DNA from: Neoconidiobolus thromboides FSU 785 | Taxonomy: Eukaryota; Fungi; Entomophthoromycota | Reading direction: 5' to 3' | NCBI GenBank assembly: GCA_025603075.1 | Contig: MU626276.1 | Coordinates: 117,419 to 181,418 of the forward strand | Length of the DNA stretch: 64,000 nt | Shown: positions 1 through 11,394 of the stretch, piece after piece | How the letters are laid out: each line of letters begins with the position of its first letter | Position numbering within the stretch: position 1 is the stretch's first letter | The notes under the pieces: generated by a model | Told to the model about the DNA's origin: nothing | The model's input: only the letters and a program-made list of their open reading frames with translations | The model's database searches: none | Translations under genes and position numbers: made by a program

Positions 1-2
1 TT

Positions 3-296
3 GAATCAAATGCTATTGATAGTAAATGTTTTTGGGTATCTCTTTATGCTACTCCTATTATATGGATATTATTAGCATTAGTTGCATTAATTCGATTTAA
101 TTTTGAATGGCTATTAATTGTATTAGTTGCTATTGGTTTATCTGGTACTAATTTAATTGGGTATCATCGATGTGAAAAAGATGCTAAACAAAAATGGGGT
201 AATAATAATAATAATTCAACATTAAGTTTATTTGGTTCAAATAATAGCTTTGTTGGTGGATTTATTAATAGGTCTTTATCTAATTACCTTGGTTAA
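3..296 (+). CDS. TVP23: Golgi membrane protein TVP23, 3' end (gene starts before window)
   Basis: Frame 3 reads ESNAIDSKCFWVSLYATPIIWILLALVALIRFNFEWLLIVLVAIGLSGTNLIGYHRCEKDAKQKW...LG*, the DS..FW..LY..P..W / N..G...C.KDAK pattern of DUF846/TVP23. Not in the ORF track (no start codon). Confidence 0.85.
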   Translation, partial: ESNAIDSKCFWVSLYATPIIWILLALVALIRFNFEWLLIVLVAIGLSGTNLIGYHRCEKDAKQKWGNNNNNSTLSLFGSNNSFVGGFINRSLSNYLG

Positions 297-370
297 TATT
301 TATAATATATTAAAAACAAAGAAAAGTATTAATTATAAAACTATATTATATTATATTATATTATATTGCT

Positions 371-470
371 TATTACTTATTATTACTTATTATTACTTAT
401 TATTACTTATTATTACTTATTATTACTTATTATTACTTATTATTATTTATTATTACTTATTATTACTTAT
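371..470. repeat. Tandem repeat, 10-bp unit TATTACTTAT x~10, decaying downstream
   Basis: Read directly from the sequence; explains the artefactual ORFs 232..480 and 366..566. Confidence 0.95.
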
Positions 471-840
471 TATTTATTAATTACTTATTATTTATTAATT
501 ACTTATTATTTATTAATATATTTAATTTTGTATAATTTCATACAATTTATATCTTTATTTTTATAAAATTAAACAATAATTTAATATGAATTAAATTCTC
601 TTTGTTTTAAAAAGAATCAATGTTAAATTTACAACAAAATTTAATTAAATAAATTTCCTAACCAATTTCAAACATTTTAAAAATCCAAACCTAGAAATTA
701 AATCACGAATAAGTCCAATTTTTACGTCATTTTCAAATTAACTACAAATATCTAAATTTTAGTAAGACTTTTTTGAAATTCTCTTTTTCTTTCTTTTTCT
801 TTACTTTTCTTTTATAAACAAATATAAAATAACAATAATA

Positions 841-1636
841 ATGAGTGATACCGAACTCAATTTAACTTTCAAATTACTATTAATTGGTAATTCTGGTGTT
901 GGGAAATCATCTATATTATTAAGATTTATTGATGATTATTTTCTACCTTCAGATGAGATAAGTGCCACAATCGGAGTTGATTTTAAAGTTAAAGACTTAA
1001 ATTTAGATGACAAACAATATAAATTAACTATTTGGGTATGTTATTTTAAGTATAATTATTTAAATAAGTTTATTAAATTATATTAAGGATACTGCAGGTC
1101 AAGAAAGATTCCGTACCTTAACTTCATCCTATTATCGTGGGGCACAAGGAGTTATTTTAGGTAATTTAAACCATTAAACTAATATTTTCATTAAAAATAC
1201 TAATTTTGTTTTAGTATATGATGTAACTAAAAAAGAAACATTTGATAATTTAGAACAATGGTTTATTGAATTAGAAACTTATTGTAAAAATAAAGAAGTT
1301 GTTAAAATGATTATCGGTAATAAAGTAGATAAAGAAAGCAATCGAGCTATTTCTTTAGAACAAGGAGAAGAATATGCAAAAAGTAAAAATAGTTTGTTTA
1401 TTGAATGTAGTGCTAAAACAAAATTGGGTGTTCAACAAGCAGTCGAAGAATTGGTTCGTAAAGTATGTTATTTTAATATTTTTGTTATTATTAAAAGAAT
1501 ATTTATTAATATTTTATTTTTATTTTTTTAGATAATTGATACACCTAGTTTATATCAAAAGAAAAAAGAAAATAATTTAAAGTTAAATCAGAATAATAAT
1601 GAATCAATTGAAACTAATAATTCTTGTGGTTGTTGA
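841..1636 (+). CDS. RAB18: Rab18-family small GTPase (4 exons)
   Basis: GNSGVGKS, spliced [25 protein letters not shown] (Rab18 signature), NKVD, ECSAK, C-terminal CGC prenylation motif; three GT-AG introns. Confidence 0.92.
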
Positions 1637-1920
1637 ATTGTAATTTTTTTTATATAAGTTGAAAACTTTTTATCAAAGTTTTTAATTATTTCGAAACTAT
1701 AATTTCCTTATTCTTTGTTTTTTATTAAATTATATTATTATTATTCATTAAACAGATTAAAGTTTTATTATTTAATTTATTATATTTTATTATAATATTT
1801 TAATTTATAATATATTATTTATTAAAAAGAATTAAAATTAAAATTAAAATATTAATAGTGTTTAAATAAGTAATGATTTATTTTAATGATTTGATTTTTA
1901 ACCTATTTTTTTAAATAATA

Positions 1921-3640
1921 TTAAGGCCCAGATTTAACTACATCTTGTTTTGAATTTAAATTATCTAAAGCAATACGATTTAAAGCATTAATATAAGCCT
2001 TAGCACTAGCTAAAAGTACATCTGGATCAGTTCCTTGTCCACGATAAATTCTTTTATAATCTCCATTAATATTAGATTTCTCTTCATTATCTTCACTTTC
2101 TTCTTTTCCTTTACAAAGTTTAACTGTAACAGCACCTAAAGCATCACTACCTCCAGTAACACCTTTAACATCATAACCCACTAAATAATGTTCAATATCT
2201 GAAAGACGATGAATGGCCTTAAAAATAGCTTCAACTGCGCCAGGTGCTGTACCTGCATCTTCAAATACTTTATAAGTTTGTTGATCATCAATTAAACGTT
2301 GTAAACGAATGGTTGCAGTAGCTGTTGAACCACAAGTAGTAAAACATTGTACATAATCTAAACGATAATGTTCAATATCTAATTGATTAAATTGATCATC
2401 AACAATAGCAATTAAATCCTGATCTGTTACTTTACGTTTAGAATCAGCTAAAGATTTAAAGCGATCAAAAGCAGTTTGAAATTGTTGTTCTGTTAAATTT
2501 TTAAATCCAAGGGTATTGAGATGGGAACGTAAAGCGTTACGTCCAGAATGTTTACCAAGTACTAAAGAATTGGATGGTACACCTACTATTTCTGGTGCTA
2601 TAATTTCATATGTTTGTTGATGTTTTAATACACCATCTTGATGGATACCTGATTCATGAGCAAAGGCATTAGCACCAACAATAGCTTTATTAGCTTGTAC
2701 AGTCATACCAGTTAAATTACTAACCATTTTTGAAATACGATAAATTAATTTAGTGTCAATATGTTGAATCGATACTGGAAATACCGTTGGGTGAGTATAA
2801 ATTGCCATACAAACTTCTTCAAAAGAAGTATTTCCTGCTCTTTCTCCAATACCATTAATTGTTACTTCAACTTGACGAGCACCATTAGCTATACCAGCTA
2901 AAGTATTAGCTGTAGCTAAACCTAAATCATTATGGCAATGAGTGGACCAAATTACATTATTTGAACCCGGTGTATTTTTTATTAAATAATTAATAATTTC
3001 TCCATATTCTTCAGGTGTATTATAACCCACTGTATCAGGTATATTTAAAGTAGTTGCACCAGCTTTAATTACTTCACTTAATACTTGACATAAAAAATCT
3101 TTATCGCTACGACCTGAATCTTCTGGTGAAAATTCTACTTCTTCACATAAAGAACGAGCATGTTTAACTGCTGCTACTGCTCTCTTAATACATTCTTCTC
3201 TATTTATTTTTAATTTATATTTTAAATGAATATCTGATGTAGCTAAAAAGGTATGAATCCTTTTACGTGGAGCTTCTTTGATAGCTTCATAACAACGATC
3301 AATATCTGATATAACTGCTCTTGATAATCCACAGATTACCATAGGTATACCATCTTTTCTACCTTCTGTCAAAGGGCCAACTTGGGTAGCTATTGCTTTT
3401 ACAGCTTGAAAATCACCTTCACTAGCTACTGGAAAACCAGCTTCAAGTACATCAATTCCAAGTTCAGATAAGTTTTTGGCTATTTCTAATTTTTCTTGAA
3501 CACTTAAAGTTACACCTGGGGACTATTTTATGGTTAATATTTGTAATTTTATTTGATAGAGAGTTATTTACCTGTTCCCCATCTCTCAAAGTAGTATCGA
3601 AGAAAATCAATCTATCTTTTGTAGTTTCAACGTTTACCAT
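1921..3640 (-). CDS. LEU4: 2-isopropylmalate synthase, bacterial/plant LeuA type with C-terminal regulatory domain (1 intron)
   Basis: DTTLRDGEQ|SPG joined across one intron; HCHNDLGLATAN, TINGIGERAGN, AHESGIHQDG, LVLGKHSGR. Confidence 0.95.
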
Positions 3641-3656
3641 GGTTATATAACAATAC

Positions 3657-3692
<36 letters not shown>

Positions 3693-3745
3693 AATTAAAG
3701 ATTCTGATTATCTTTTTATATTAATTAAACATTGTTTATGCTTTG

Positions 3746-3754
3746 ATGACTCAT
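3746..3754. promoter_or_regulatory. Perfect Gcn4/CpcA-type site ATGACTCAT upstream of the isopropylmalate synthase gene
   Basis: Exact 9-bp consensus 106 bp from the ATG; second TGAGTCA at 3953-3959. Confidence 0.6.
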
Positions 3755-4107
3755 TTTCGGTAACAAATAAATGAAACAAAAAGTTTGAGAAGTTAATTTT
3801 TTAAAAGCGTGACTATTAAATCTTCTTGAATGTTGATAAAGATTTGATAAATTTTGATAAGATTTAAAAATTATAAGTCATATTTCCTTTTTTGGAAAAA
3901 AGGAATTTTTTCTTTTTATTATCCTATTATTGTCATCGTCATTTATAAATTATGAGTCAATAAGATTGAAAATTGTTAAAGGATACAGTTGATTATTTGA
4001 CATTTGCACTTAAAAATAGTATTATTAAAGGCTATAAAACATAATAAAAAAGTATAAAATGGTAAAGTATATTTGTTTGAAAGATTTATACACTTTGTTA
4101 AATATAT

Positions 4108-4202
4108 CTGGATGTATTTTTCTATTTAAGAGTTTTATTATCAATTTTTTCATTCAAATAACGCTTAAGAAATAAAAAAAGTAATAAAATCAAAACACTC
4201 CC
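4108..4202. mobile_element. MITE copy 1 (degenerate)
   Basis: Same internal sequence as the other copies; flanked by ATAT/ATAT. Confidence 0.7.
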
Positions 4203-4380
4203 ATATGCTTATCATATCTATATTTTATATCTATAACTTATATTCTTAAGTTGATATATAGATTAGATGTATGATAAATAATAACAAATTATAATGATAT
4301 AATACTTTATATCATTATCAATTCAGGTTTAGTATGTTTATTGATATTTAAATGTATTTTATTATTTTATTGTCATATAT

Positions 4381-4478
4381 GAGGATGCATTTTTGTATTT
4401 AAGAATTTTACTGACAATTTTTCTAAAATAGCACTTAAAAAATAGAAAAAGTATAATGAAGTCAAAAAAAACACCCCT
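4381..4478. mobile_element. MITE copy 2
   Basis: GAGGATG...ACACCCCT with conserved core AAGAATTTTACT...GCACTTAAAAAA; flanks ATAT/ATGT. Confidence 0.8.
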
Positions 4479-4724
4479 ATGTATCGTATCCACAGTAATA
4501 TAATAAGAGAATAAATTAAAATAAAATAAGAGTATAAATAAATACTTGTTTTAAGTAAGTGTTATAGCATTTCTTTTTTTAATAACATTTTGCTTAATTT
4601 ATTTTATAAAAAAAACCAGGCTAAAAAATCTATATTTATATTATAATAATTTAGATATTTAAATATCTTTTTATAATATCAAACATTTATATTAATTTTA
4701 TTTAAAAATTATTATTAAAAATAC

Positions 4725-4823
4725 GGGGATGTTTTTTTTGACTTCATTATTTTTTCCATCTTTTAAGCACTGTTTGAGTGGAAAAATTGTTAGTAAAATT
4801 CTTAAATACAAAAATACATCCCC
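4725..4823. mobile_element. MITE copy 3 (opposite orientation to copies 1-2)
   Basis: GGGGATGTTTT...AAAATACATCCCC terminal inverted repeats; flanks ATAC/ATAT. Confidence 0.9.
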
Positions 4824-5341
4824 ATATATCTGTTAATATTTTAACATTTGACTAATTGTATATATCAATATTTTTATAATATCATTGTTTTAATTATAAA
4901 AGTGTTGTTAAAAGTTTATTTAATAAATCATTTGTTTTTATTACTATATAAAAAACAATAAATAAAACAAAAAAGATCTTTTTATATTATTTCTAATAAC
5001 CTAATTGCTTAAATTTGGCTTCTTTAGATAAATTTTAATTTAAAAAATTTAAAAAATTTAAAAATAGGAATAAAATATGGCTGTTATTAATAAACTCTAT
5101 CTAAACAGTAAAAAAACTAATAAATAAAAACAATGGACTAAAAGATAATATTAAACTTATTAGCCAAAATATTTAATTAGTATACCCACATTTTATTTAG
5201 GATAATTTGCTTATAAGCAAACAAATTAAGACTCATATTATGTCATAGCTTCCCCCAAACTCCCATGAAAACTCAATTCCTTGGAAAGAAATTCCGAAAT
5301 CGAATTAAAAATAAGATTGAGTGGCTATGATTTAAAATAAA

Positions 5342-5463
5342 CCAATAAATTTCGATTAACAAAGTTCACAATTTTGCAGAACTTAACAAATCCAAACCAA
5401 TAAAAGAGTGACTTTATTTTTAAGCAAAAACAAGAATAAAAAAAGGTATGGAATTAAGCCAAT
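5342..5463 (+). promoter_or_regulatory. Three CCAAT boxes upstream of KGD1
   Basis: CCAAT at 5342, 5397 and 5459; yeast KGD1 is controlled by the CCAAT-binding HAP complex. Confidence 0.45.
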
Positions 5464-5584
5464 AATATAAAGTATTAGTTAATCAGATAATTTAGTATTT
5501 AACGTGTAATAGGGTAATTTTTAAAAATTTATATTTAATGGATAATACCTTTAACCAAAACATCTTAGATTTTAATCAACTATA

Positions 5585-8500
5585 ATGTCGGGGTATACAA
5601 AATTAGCCTCTCTTGCCTTTAAGGCAAATATTCGATCTATACCTAGATCCCGTTTTATTAATGTTTGTTCAAGTAAATTCCAAACTTATACCAAAGTACA
5701 AGCCAAAAATACCACCAGTGACCTTTTTATGGACGGAACAAGTGCTGTGTATGTTGAAGAAATGTACAACTCATGGAGAAATGATCCAAACTCGGTTCAT
5801 CTTTCTTGGCAAATTTACTTTAAAAATATGTCTAATGGTCAATCACCTTCCGCTTCTTATTCAGCCCCACCAACACTTGTATCTACTAGTTCAGTAGGAA
5901 ATTTACCACTCGGTGCTACTTCATCTTCTCCAGAAGTTGTAGATCATTTGAAAATCCAATTACTTGTTAGAGCTTATCAAGTTCGTGGTCATCATCTTGC
6001 TAAACTTGACCCTCTAGGCATTTTATCTCCTACTTTAGATACTCCAATACCTAAAGAATTAGAACTTTCTTATTATAATTTTACTGAACAAGATTTAAAC
6101 AGAGAATTTAATCTTGGTCCAGGAATATTGCCAGGTTTCATGAATGAAAAAACCACTTTAACTTTAAAACAAATCGTAGAACATCTTAAAAATATTTACT
6201 GTATTATTTATAATCCTATTTTTTGTTAATATATTAATCATTTTTTTTAACTAGGTTCATCTATCGGATATGAATATCAACATATTCCAGATAAAACTCA
6301 ATGCGATTGGTTAAGAGAACGTATTGAAACCCCAAAACCATTTGAATTTTCAGTTGAAGATAAAAAAATGATACTTGATAGATTAGTTTGGTCTGATTCT
6401 TTTGAAAGATTTGTTGCAAGCAAATATGTTAGTGAAAAACGTTTTGGGTTAGAAGGTTGTGAAGCTTTAATTCCTGGTATGAAAGCAATGGTAATATATT
6501 ATTATAATAATAAAATAAAAATTTTAATGTATTAGATTGATCAAGCTGCTGACCTTGGAACTGAATCTTTTGTGATTGGTATGGCTCATCGTGGTCGTTT
6601 AAATGTTTTAAGTAACGTTGTTCGTAAACCAAATGAATCCATTTTCTGTGAATTCAGCGGTTCATTAGACCCCTCTGTAGAAGGTTCTGGTGATGTTAAA
6701 TACCATCTTGGTATGAATTATGTCCGTCCAACTCCTTCTGGAAAGAGAGTCCATCTTTCCTTAGTCGCCAATCCATCCCATCTTGAAGCTGTTAATCCAG
6801 TTGTTCTCGGTAAAACCAGAGCTATTCAATTTTATAGTGGTGATTTAGAAGAACACAAACGTAGTGTAGGTGTTTTAATTCATGGTGATGCTGCTTTTGC
6901 AGCTCAAGGTGTTGTTTATGAAACTTTAGGTTTCCATGAACTTCCATCATATACTGTTGGTGGTACAATTCATATAGTCATTAATAATCAAATCGGTTTT
7001 ACAACTGATCCACGTTATTCTCGTTCTACTCCATATTGTACTGATATCGCTAAATCTATCAATGCACCAATTTTCCATGTTAATGGTGATGATGTTGAAG
7101 CAGTCACATTTGTTTGTAAATTAGCAGCCGATTTCCGTCAAACTTTCAAGAAGGATGTTGTTATTGATATTGTATGTTATCGTAAATATGGCCATAATGA
7201 AGTTGATCAGCCCAGTTTCACTCAACCAAGAATGTACAAAACCATTGCTAAACAAAAGCCAGTTTTAGAAAAATATATTGAGAAACTTTTAAGTGAAAAA
7301 ACTTTTGATGAAACCTTTGTAAAGGAAAATAAAGAAAAGGTATGGAAAACTTTAGAAGAAAGTTACGCTAAGAGTAAAGATTATAAGCCAACAAGTCGTG
7401 AATGGCTATCAAGCTCATGGGAAGGCTTCAAATCCCCTAGTGAATTAGCTGTAGAAATTGCACCTGCTCATCCTACTGGTGCTTCTTTACATTCTTTACG
7501 TCAAGTTGGAAAAGCCATTACAACTATTCCTTCTACTTTTAAAGCTCATAACGTTATTAAAAAAATTATTGGTGCACGTCAAAAGACCATTGAAGAAGAA
7601 TCAAACATTGACTGGCCAACAGCTGAAGCACTTGCCTTTGGTACCCTTGTTAATGAAGGAACACACGTTAGATTAAGTGGTCAAGATGTTGAACGTGGAA
7701 CTTTCTCACATAGACATGCTGTCATCCATGATCAAAACGATGAATCCACTTATACCTCTTTATCTAAAATTTCACCAACACAAGCACAATTTACTGTCTG
7801 TAACTCCTCTTTATCAGAATTCGGAACTTTAGGTTTCGAACTTGGTTATTCTTTAGTTAACCCTAATGCTTTAGTTATGTGGGAAGCCCAATTTGGTGAT
7901 TTCGCAAATAATGCCCAATGTATCATTGATCAATTTATTGCTTCAGGTGAAAAGAAATGGTTACAACGTACTGGTTTAACTCTTCTCCTCCCTCATGGTT
8001 ATGATGGCCAAGGTCCAGAACATTCAAGTGGACGTTTAGAACGTTTCCTTCAATTAATTGATGAACATCCTTATAAATTCCCAGAAAATATGGATCGTCA
8101 ACATCAAGATTGTAACATGCAAATTGTTTACTGTACTACTCCAGCCAATTACTTCCATGCTTTACGTCGTCAAATACATCGTGATTTCCGTAAGCCTTTG
8201 ATCTGTTTCAATTCCAAGAATCTTCTTCGTCATCCTTTGGTAAGATCTGAAATGTCTGAAATGTCTGATGGTACTCACTTCCAACGTGCTATTCCAGAAA
8301 CATCTAAAGATTTAGTTGCTGATGATAAGATTCGTACCCATGTTTTATGTTCTGGTCAAGTTTATTATACTCTCTTGAAAGCTAGGGAACAGAACAATGT
8401 TAACGATGTTGCTATTACTCGTATTGAACAAATAACTCCATTCCCGTTCGATTTAGTCAAAGAATATTCTGATAAATACCCTAATGCCGAAATTACTTGG

Positions 8501-8746
8501 TGTCAAGAAGAACCGCTTAATATGGGAGCTTGGTTCTTTGTTGAGCCAAGAATCAGAACTGCTTTAAAGAAATCAGACCACCATGCTGGTAAAGATGTTA
8601 TTTATTCTGCTCGTCCACCTACTGCTACAGTAGCCACTGGTAACAAAAAACAACACAAGATTGAAGAAAATAATTTAATTAGTTTGGCCCTTTATGGTGA
8701 AGTTCGTAAAGTTAAAGAAACAAAGAATGGTTCACCTATTTTCTAA
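5585..8746 (+). CDS. KGD1: 2-oxoglutarate dehydrogenase E1, canonical copy (introns 6201-6254 and 6491-6535)
   Basis: Mitochondrial-like leader, [47 protein letters not shown]...[16 protein letters not shown]. Confidence 0.97.
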
Positions 8747-9207
8747 ATGTTTAAAATTAGAATAAATGTAATACTTTAAAGCTTCATTTTGTTAAAATAT
8801 TTTTTGAAGTCTTTAAAGTTTAATAAAATATTAAATCATTATTTACGTTTTATCATATTTGCTATTTTTTCATATATAATTTTATAAAGGTATTATTTTA
8901 AAATTTAGTTAAAATAAAACTTAAAACATTAAATAAATAAAAGGTATTATTATAAGCACCTAATATTATAAAATAATGAACTTTATAGAGTATTTTGAAT
9001 TAAAAATCTATTTTCAGAAAATAACAATTTAGATTATGAACACAACGATTGTATATCCTTTAAAGTATCATAAATATTTAAAGTTAAATATATTTATTAT
9101 CAAAATATTAAATAAGCCATATATAGATTATATCTTCAACATTACAATTATCCATAATTAAAACCTATTCTAAAATGAAGGAACAAGGTAACTTATTTAA
9201 GCTTATT

Positions 9208-11148
9208 TTAATTAAGTATGCTATTAAACATAACTTTGTATTTTTCTGGTAGTCCAAAAGTATTAATGGCCAATTTTACTTTGGCGACAGTGAAATCAAT
9301 ATCCATCCTATCTTTATCCTTAGTGAGATTCATAGCCAACTTATAAATTTGAAGTAGCTCAATAATATTAGTTTCGATCGTATCGATAGCTTCATTACTG
9401 ATTAAACCTAATCCAAGGATAGTAGGAGAAGAAAGTATTTGTAAAAAACTATAAAACGAATATAGCGGGTACTCAAAATTTAAAATACTCATTATTATTA
9501 AACAATCGTACTTATTATAGTTATTGATAGGATGTAGTCTAGTATCTAAATACTCTACGAGTGTTTTATATAATTTCTCGTTTTGTAAACTATATATATT
9601 AATTTGTTTTAGTTTATCTTCAAAATAAGTAAAAGCTAAAACTCTATATATAAATAATATTCTCAATGAAGTTTCAAGTAAAGTTGGTATATACATTAGC
9701 GGAATATCTACTTGAATAGGTGCTTTGGACACAGTTGGATATATTAAACATAATTGTCTAATATAGATCGATAGAGTCTTTCTTATCTCATGGATTCCTT
9801 TATATATGCAACAGTAAGTGCTAGGAAACACACATAAATAATGATCTAAATTTATAGCTTTATTACTGTTTGTGATAATACTATTTAGTGATTTGATCGA
9901 AGCCTTATAGTATTTATTAATAAAATTTTGAACAAGGTTAAACTTGTCAGTTGGTAAAATTAATGACGAATATGGTATGCTCTTTAAATCTGTAACTCCT
10001 TTGAGGCTTTTTTCAAGATGATCAAATACTAACGAGTTCGTCATCATTATTTGATTATCATACATAGCAAATACTTTCTTGCAATCATTTCTTTGATTAT
10101 CAGATTCGTCAAATTGCTCCCTAATCAAATAATAAAGAAATTCCGATTCTGAAAGGTCATATTCTTTAATAAGAGGAAAAGTACCATAAAAATCTTCACT
10201 AATTTTAGATGAAACAACAATCCATGCCCATATTTTTTTAAGGTTAATTAAATGCCTAATTTCTTCTTTACTTTTAGAATAGAGCTCTTTAGTATTTAAT
10301 TTTAGTTTATCAATTCCTAGTAAATATGACATTCTCATAAGGGAACCTAAAAGTTGATGAGATAACTGGTAGTTATTTTGAATTATAAAGACATCATGTA
10401 AAACGCTTAAAGCTTTAAGGCTTTCAAAACTAGGGTTATAACAGGCTTGCGAAATCAAAGGTAATATACTGTTTAAAATATTTTGACGAATTTCATTAAA
10501 ATCATCTCCTGGTAAAGATATATACTTGAAAGTAAGTGATGCCATCAGTGTTTTTGACATAAACCCTGGGTTTGATTGTTTTATATATATAACTATTTCT
10601 TTAGGCTTAAAGTGAAACCCAGAACCATAAGCAAAACAATCATGTAAATGTATACTAGTTTCTAGAAAAGACCCATAATCGAAAGCTGTTGGAGAATTTC
10701 CTACATGCTCTGCACCTCTCCCAGTTCGATTTCTTAGAGATGTAAAGTCAGAGGATAAAAATTGTTTACTAAGAGACTCTTCGATTAAATGAAGCTTTCT
10801 TTTTAAAGTTACATTTTGATTGATTAAGTATGTGCTGTTATTGGTTTCATTCATATTTCTATATTTAAACATCTCTAATACCCATTTTAAATATGCTTTT
10901 AGTTCCATAGTTACATTCCTATTATAAAAAGGAGATTCTAGATGCGAAAGGAGTAAATTATCATCAAGAGAGTCTAAAGTTTCAATTAATTGAAATATTC
11001 TAAATAGCTGAATTTCAAGTTCTTTTACTCTGTTTTCCAGTTTCTCTGCCTTTAATTTTAACTGAGTTTTATTTTCTTGTTTTAGCTCTTTTTTTTTGAC
11101 TTTATCATTTATAATTGAATAGTTTATTATTTTAAACCCTTTTATCAT
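9208..11148 (-). CDS. Putative fungal transcription-factor-like protein (middle homology region-like), no Zn2Cys6 cluster found
   Basis: 646-aa intronless ORF; coiled coil KAEKLENRVKELE; LMRMSYLLGIDKL...KKIWAWIVV resembles the A..LGL...RR.WW segment of fungal TF MHR domains. Confidence 0.5.
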   Translation of the reverse strand: MIKGFKIINYSIINDKVKKKELKQENKTQLKLKAEKLENRVKELEIQLFRIFQLIETLDSLDDNLLLSHLESPFYNRNVTMELKAYLKWVLEMFKYRNMNETNNSTYLINQNVTLKRKLHLIEESLSKQFLSSDFTSLRNRTGRGAEHVGNSPTAFDYGSFLETSIHLHDCFAYGSGFHFKPKEIVIYIKQSNPGFMSKTLMASLTFKYISLPGDDFNEIRQNILNSILPLISQACYNPSFESLKALSVLHDVFIIQNNYQLSHQLLGSLMRMSYLLGIDKLKLNTKELYSKSKEEIRHLINLKKIWAWIVVSSKISEDFYGTFPLIKEYDLSESEFLYYLIREQFDESDNQRNDCKKVFAMYDNQIMMTNSLVFDHLEKSLKGVTDLKSIPYSSLILPTDKFNLVQNFINKYYKASIKSLNSIITNSNKAINLDHYLCVFPSTYCCIYKGIHEIRKTLSIYIRQLCLIYPTVSKAPIQVDIPLMYIPTLLETSLRILFIYRVLAFTYFEDKLKQINIYSLQNEKLYKTLVEYLDTRLHPINNYNKYDCLIIMSILNFEYPLYSFYSFLQILSSPTILGLGLISNEAIDTIETNIIELLQIYKLAMNLTKDKDRMDIDFTVAKVKLAINTFGLPEKYKVMFNSILN

Positions 11149-11394
11149 TATTATTGATGTAGCTGTTAATTATTATTAAAATGCTTATTTGATTTAATTA
11201 CACTAAAAGTTCAAAAACTTAATTATATTTAATCACTTCATTTTAAGTTCAAATATGTTTTTGATTAATTTTATTTTGCTTATAAAATCAACAAAGGAAA
11301 ATGGTTGGATAATTTTATCCAATTAAGTCAATTCCTTTTATTTTTACTGAACGATTTTATTAATTTACAATAAAACTATTGATTGTTTTATAAA

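Noticed and set aside
232-566. ORFs 232..480 and 366..566 (Leu/Ile/Tyr-rich)
   Set aside because: Produced by the TATTACTTAT tandem repeat; the real coding frame here is the TVP23 3' end.
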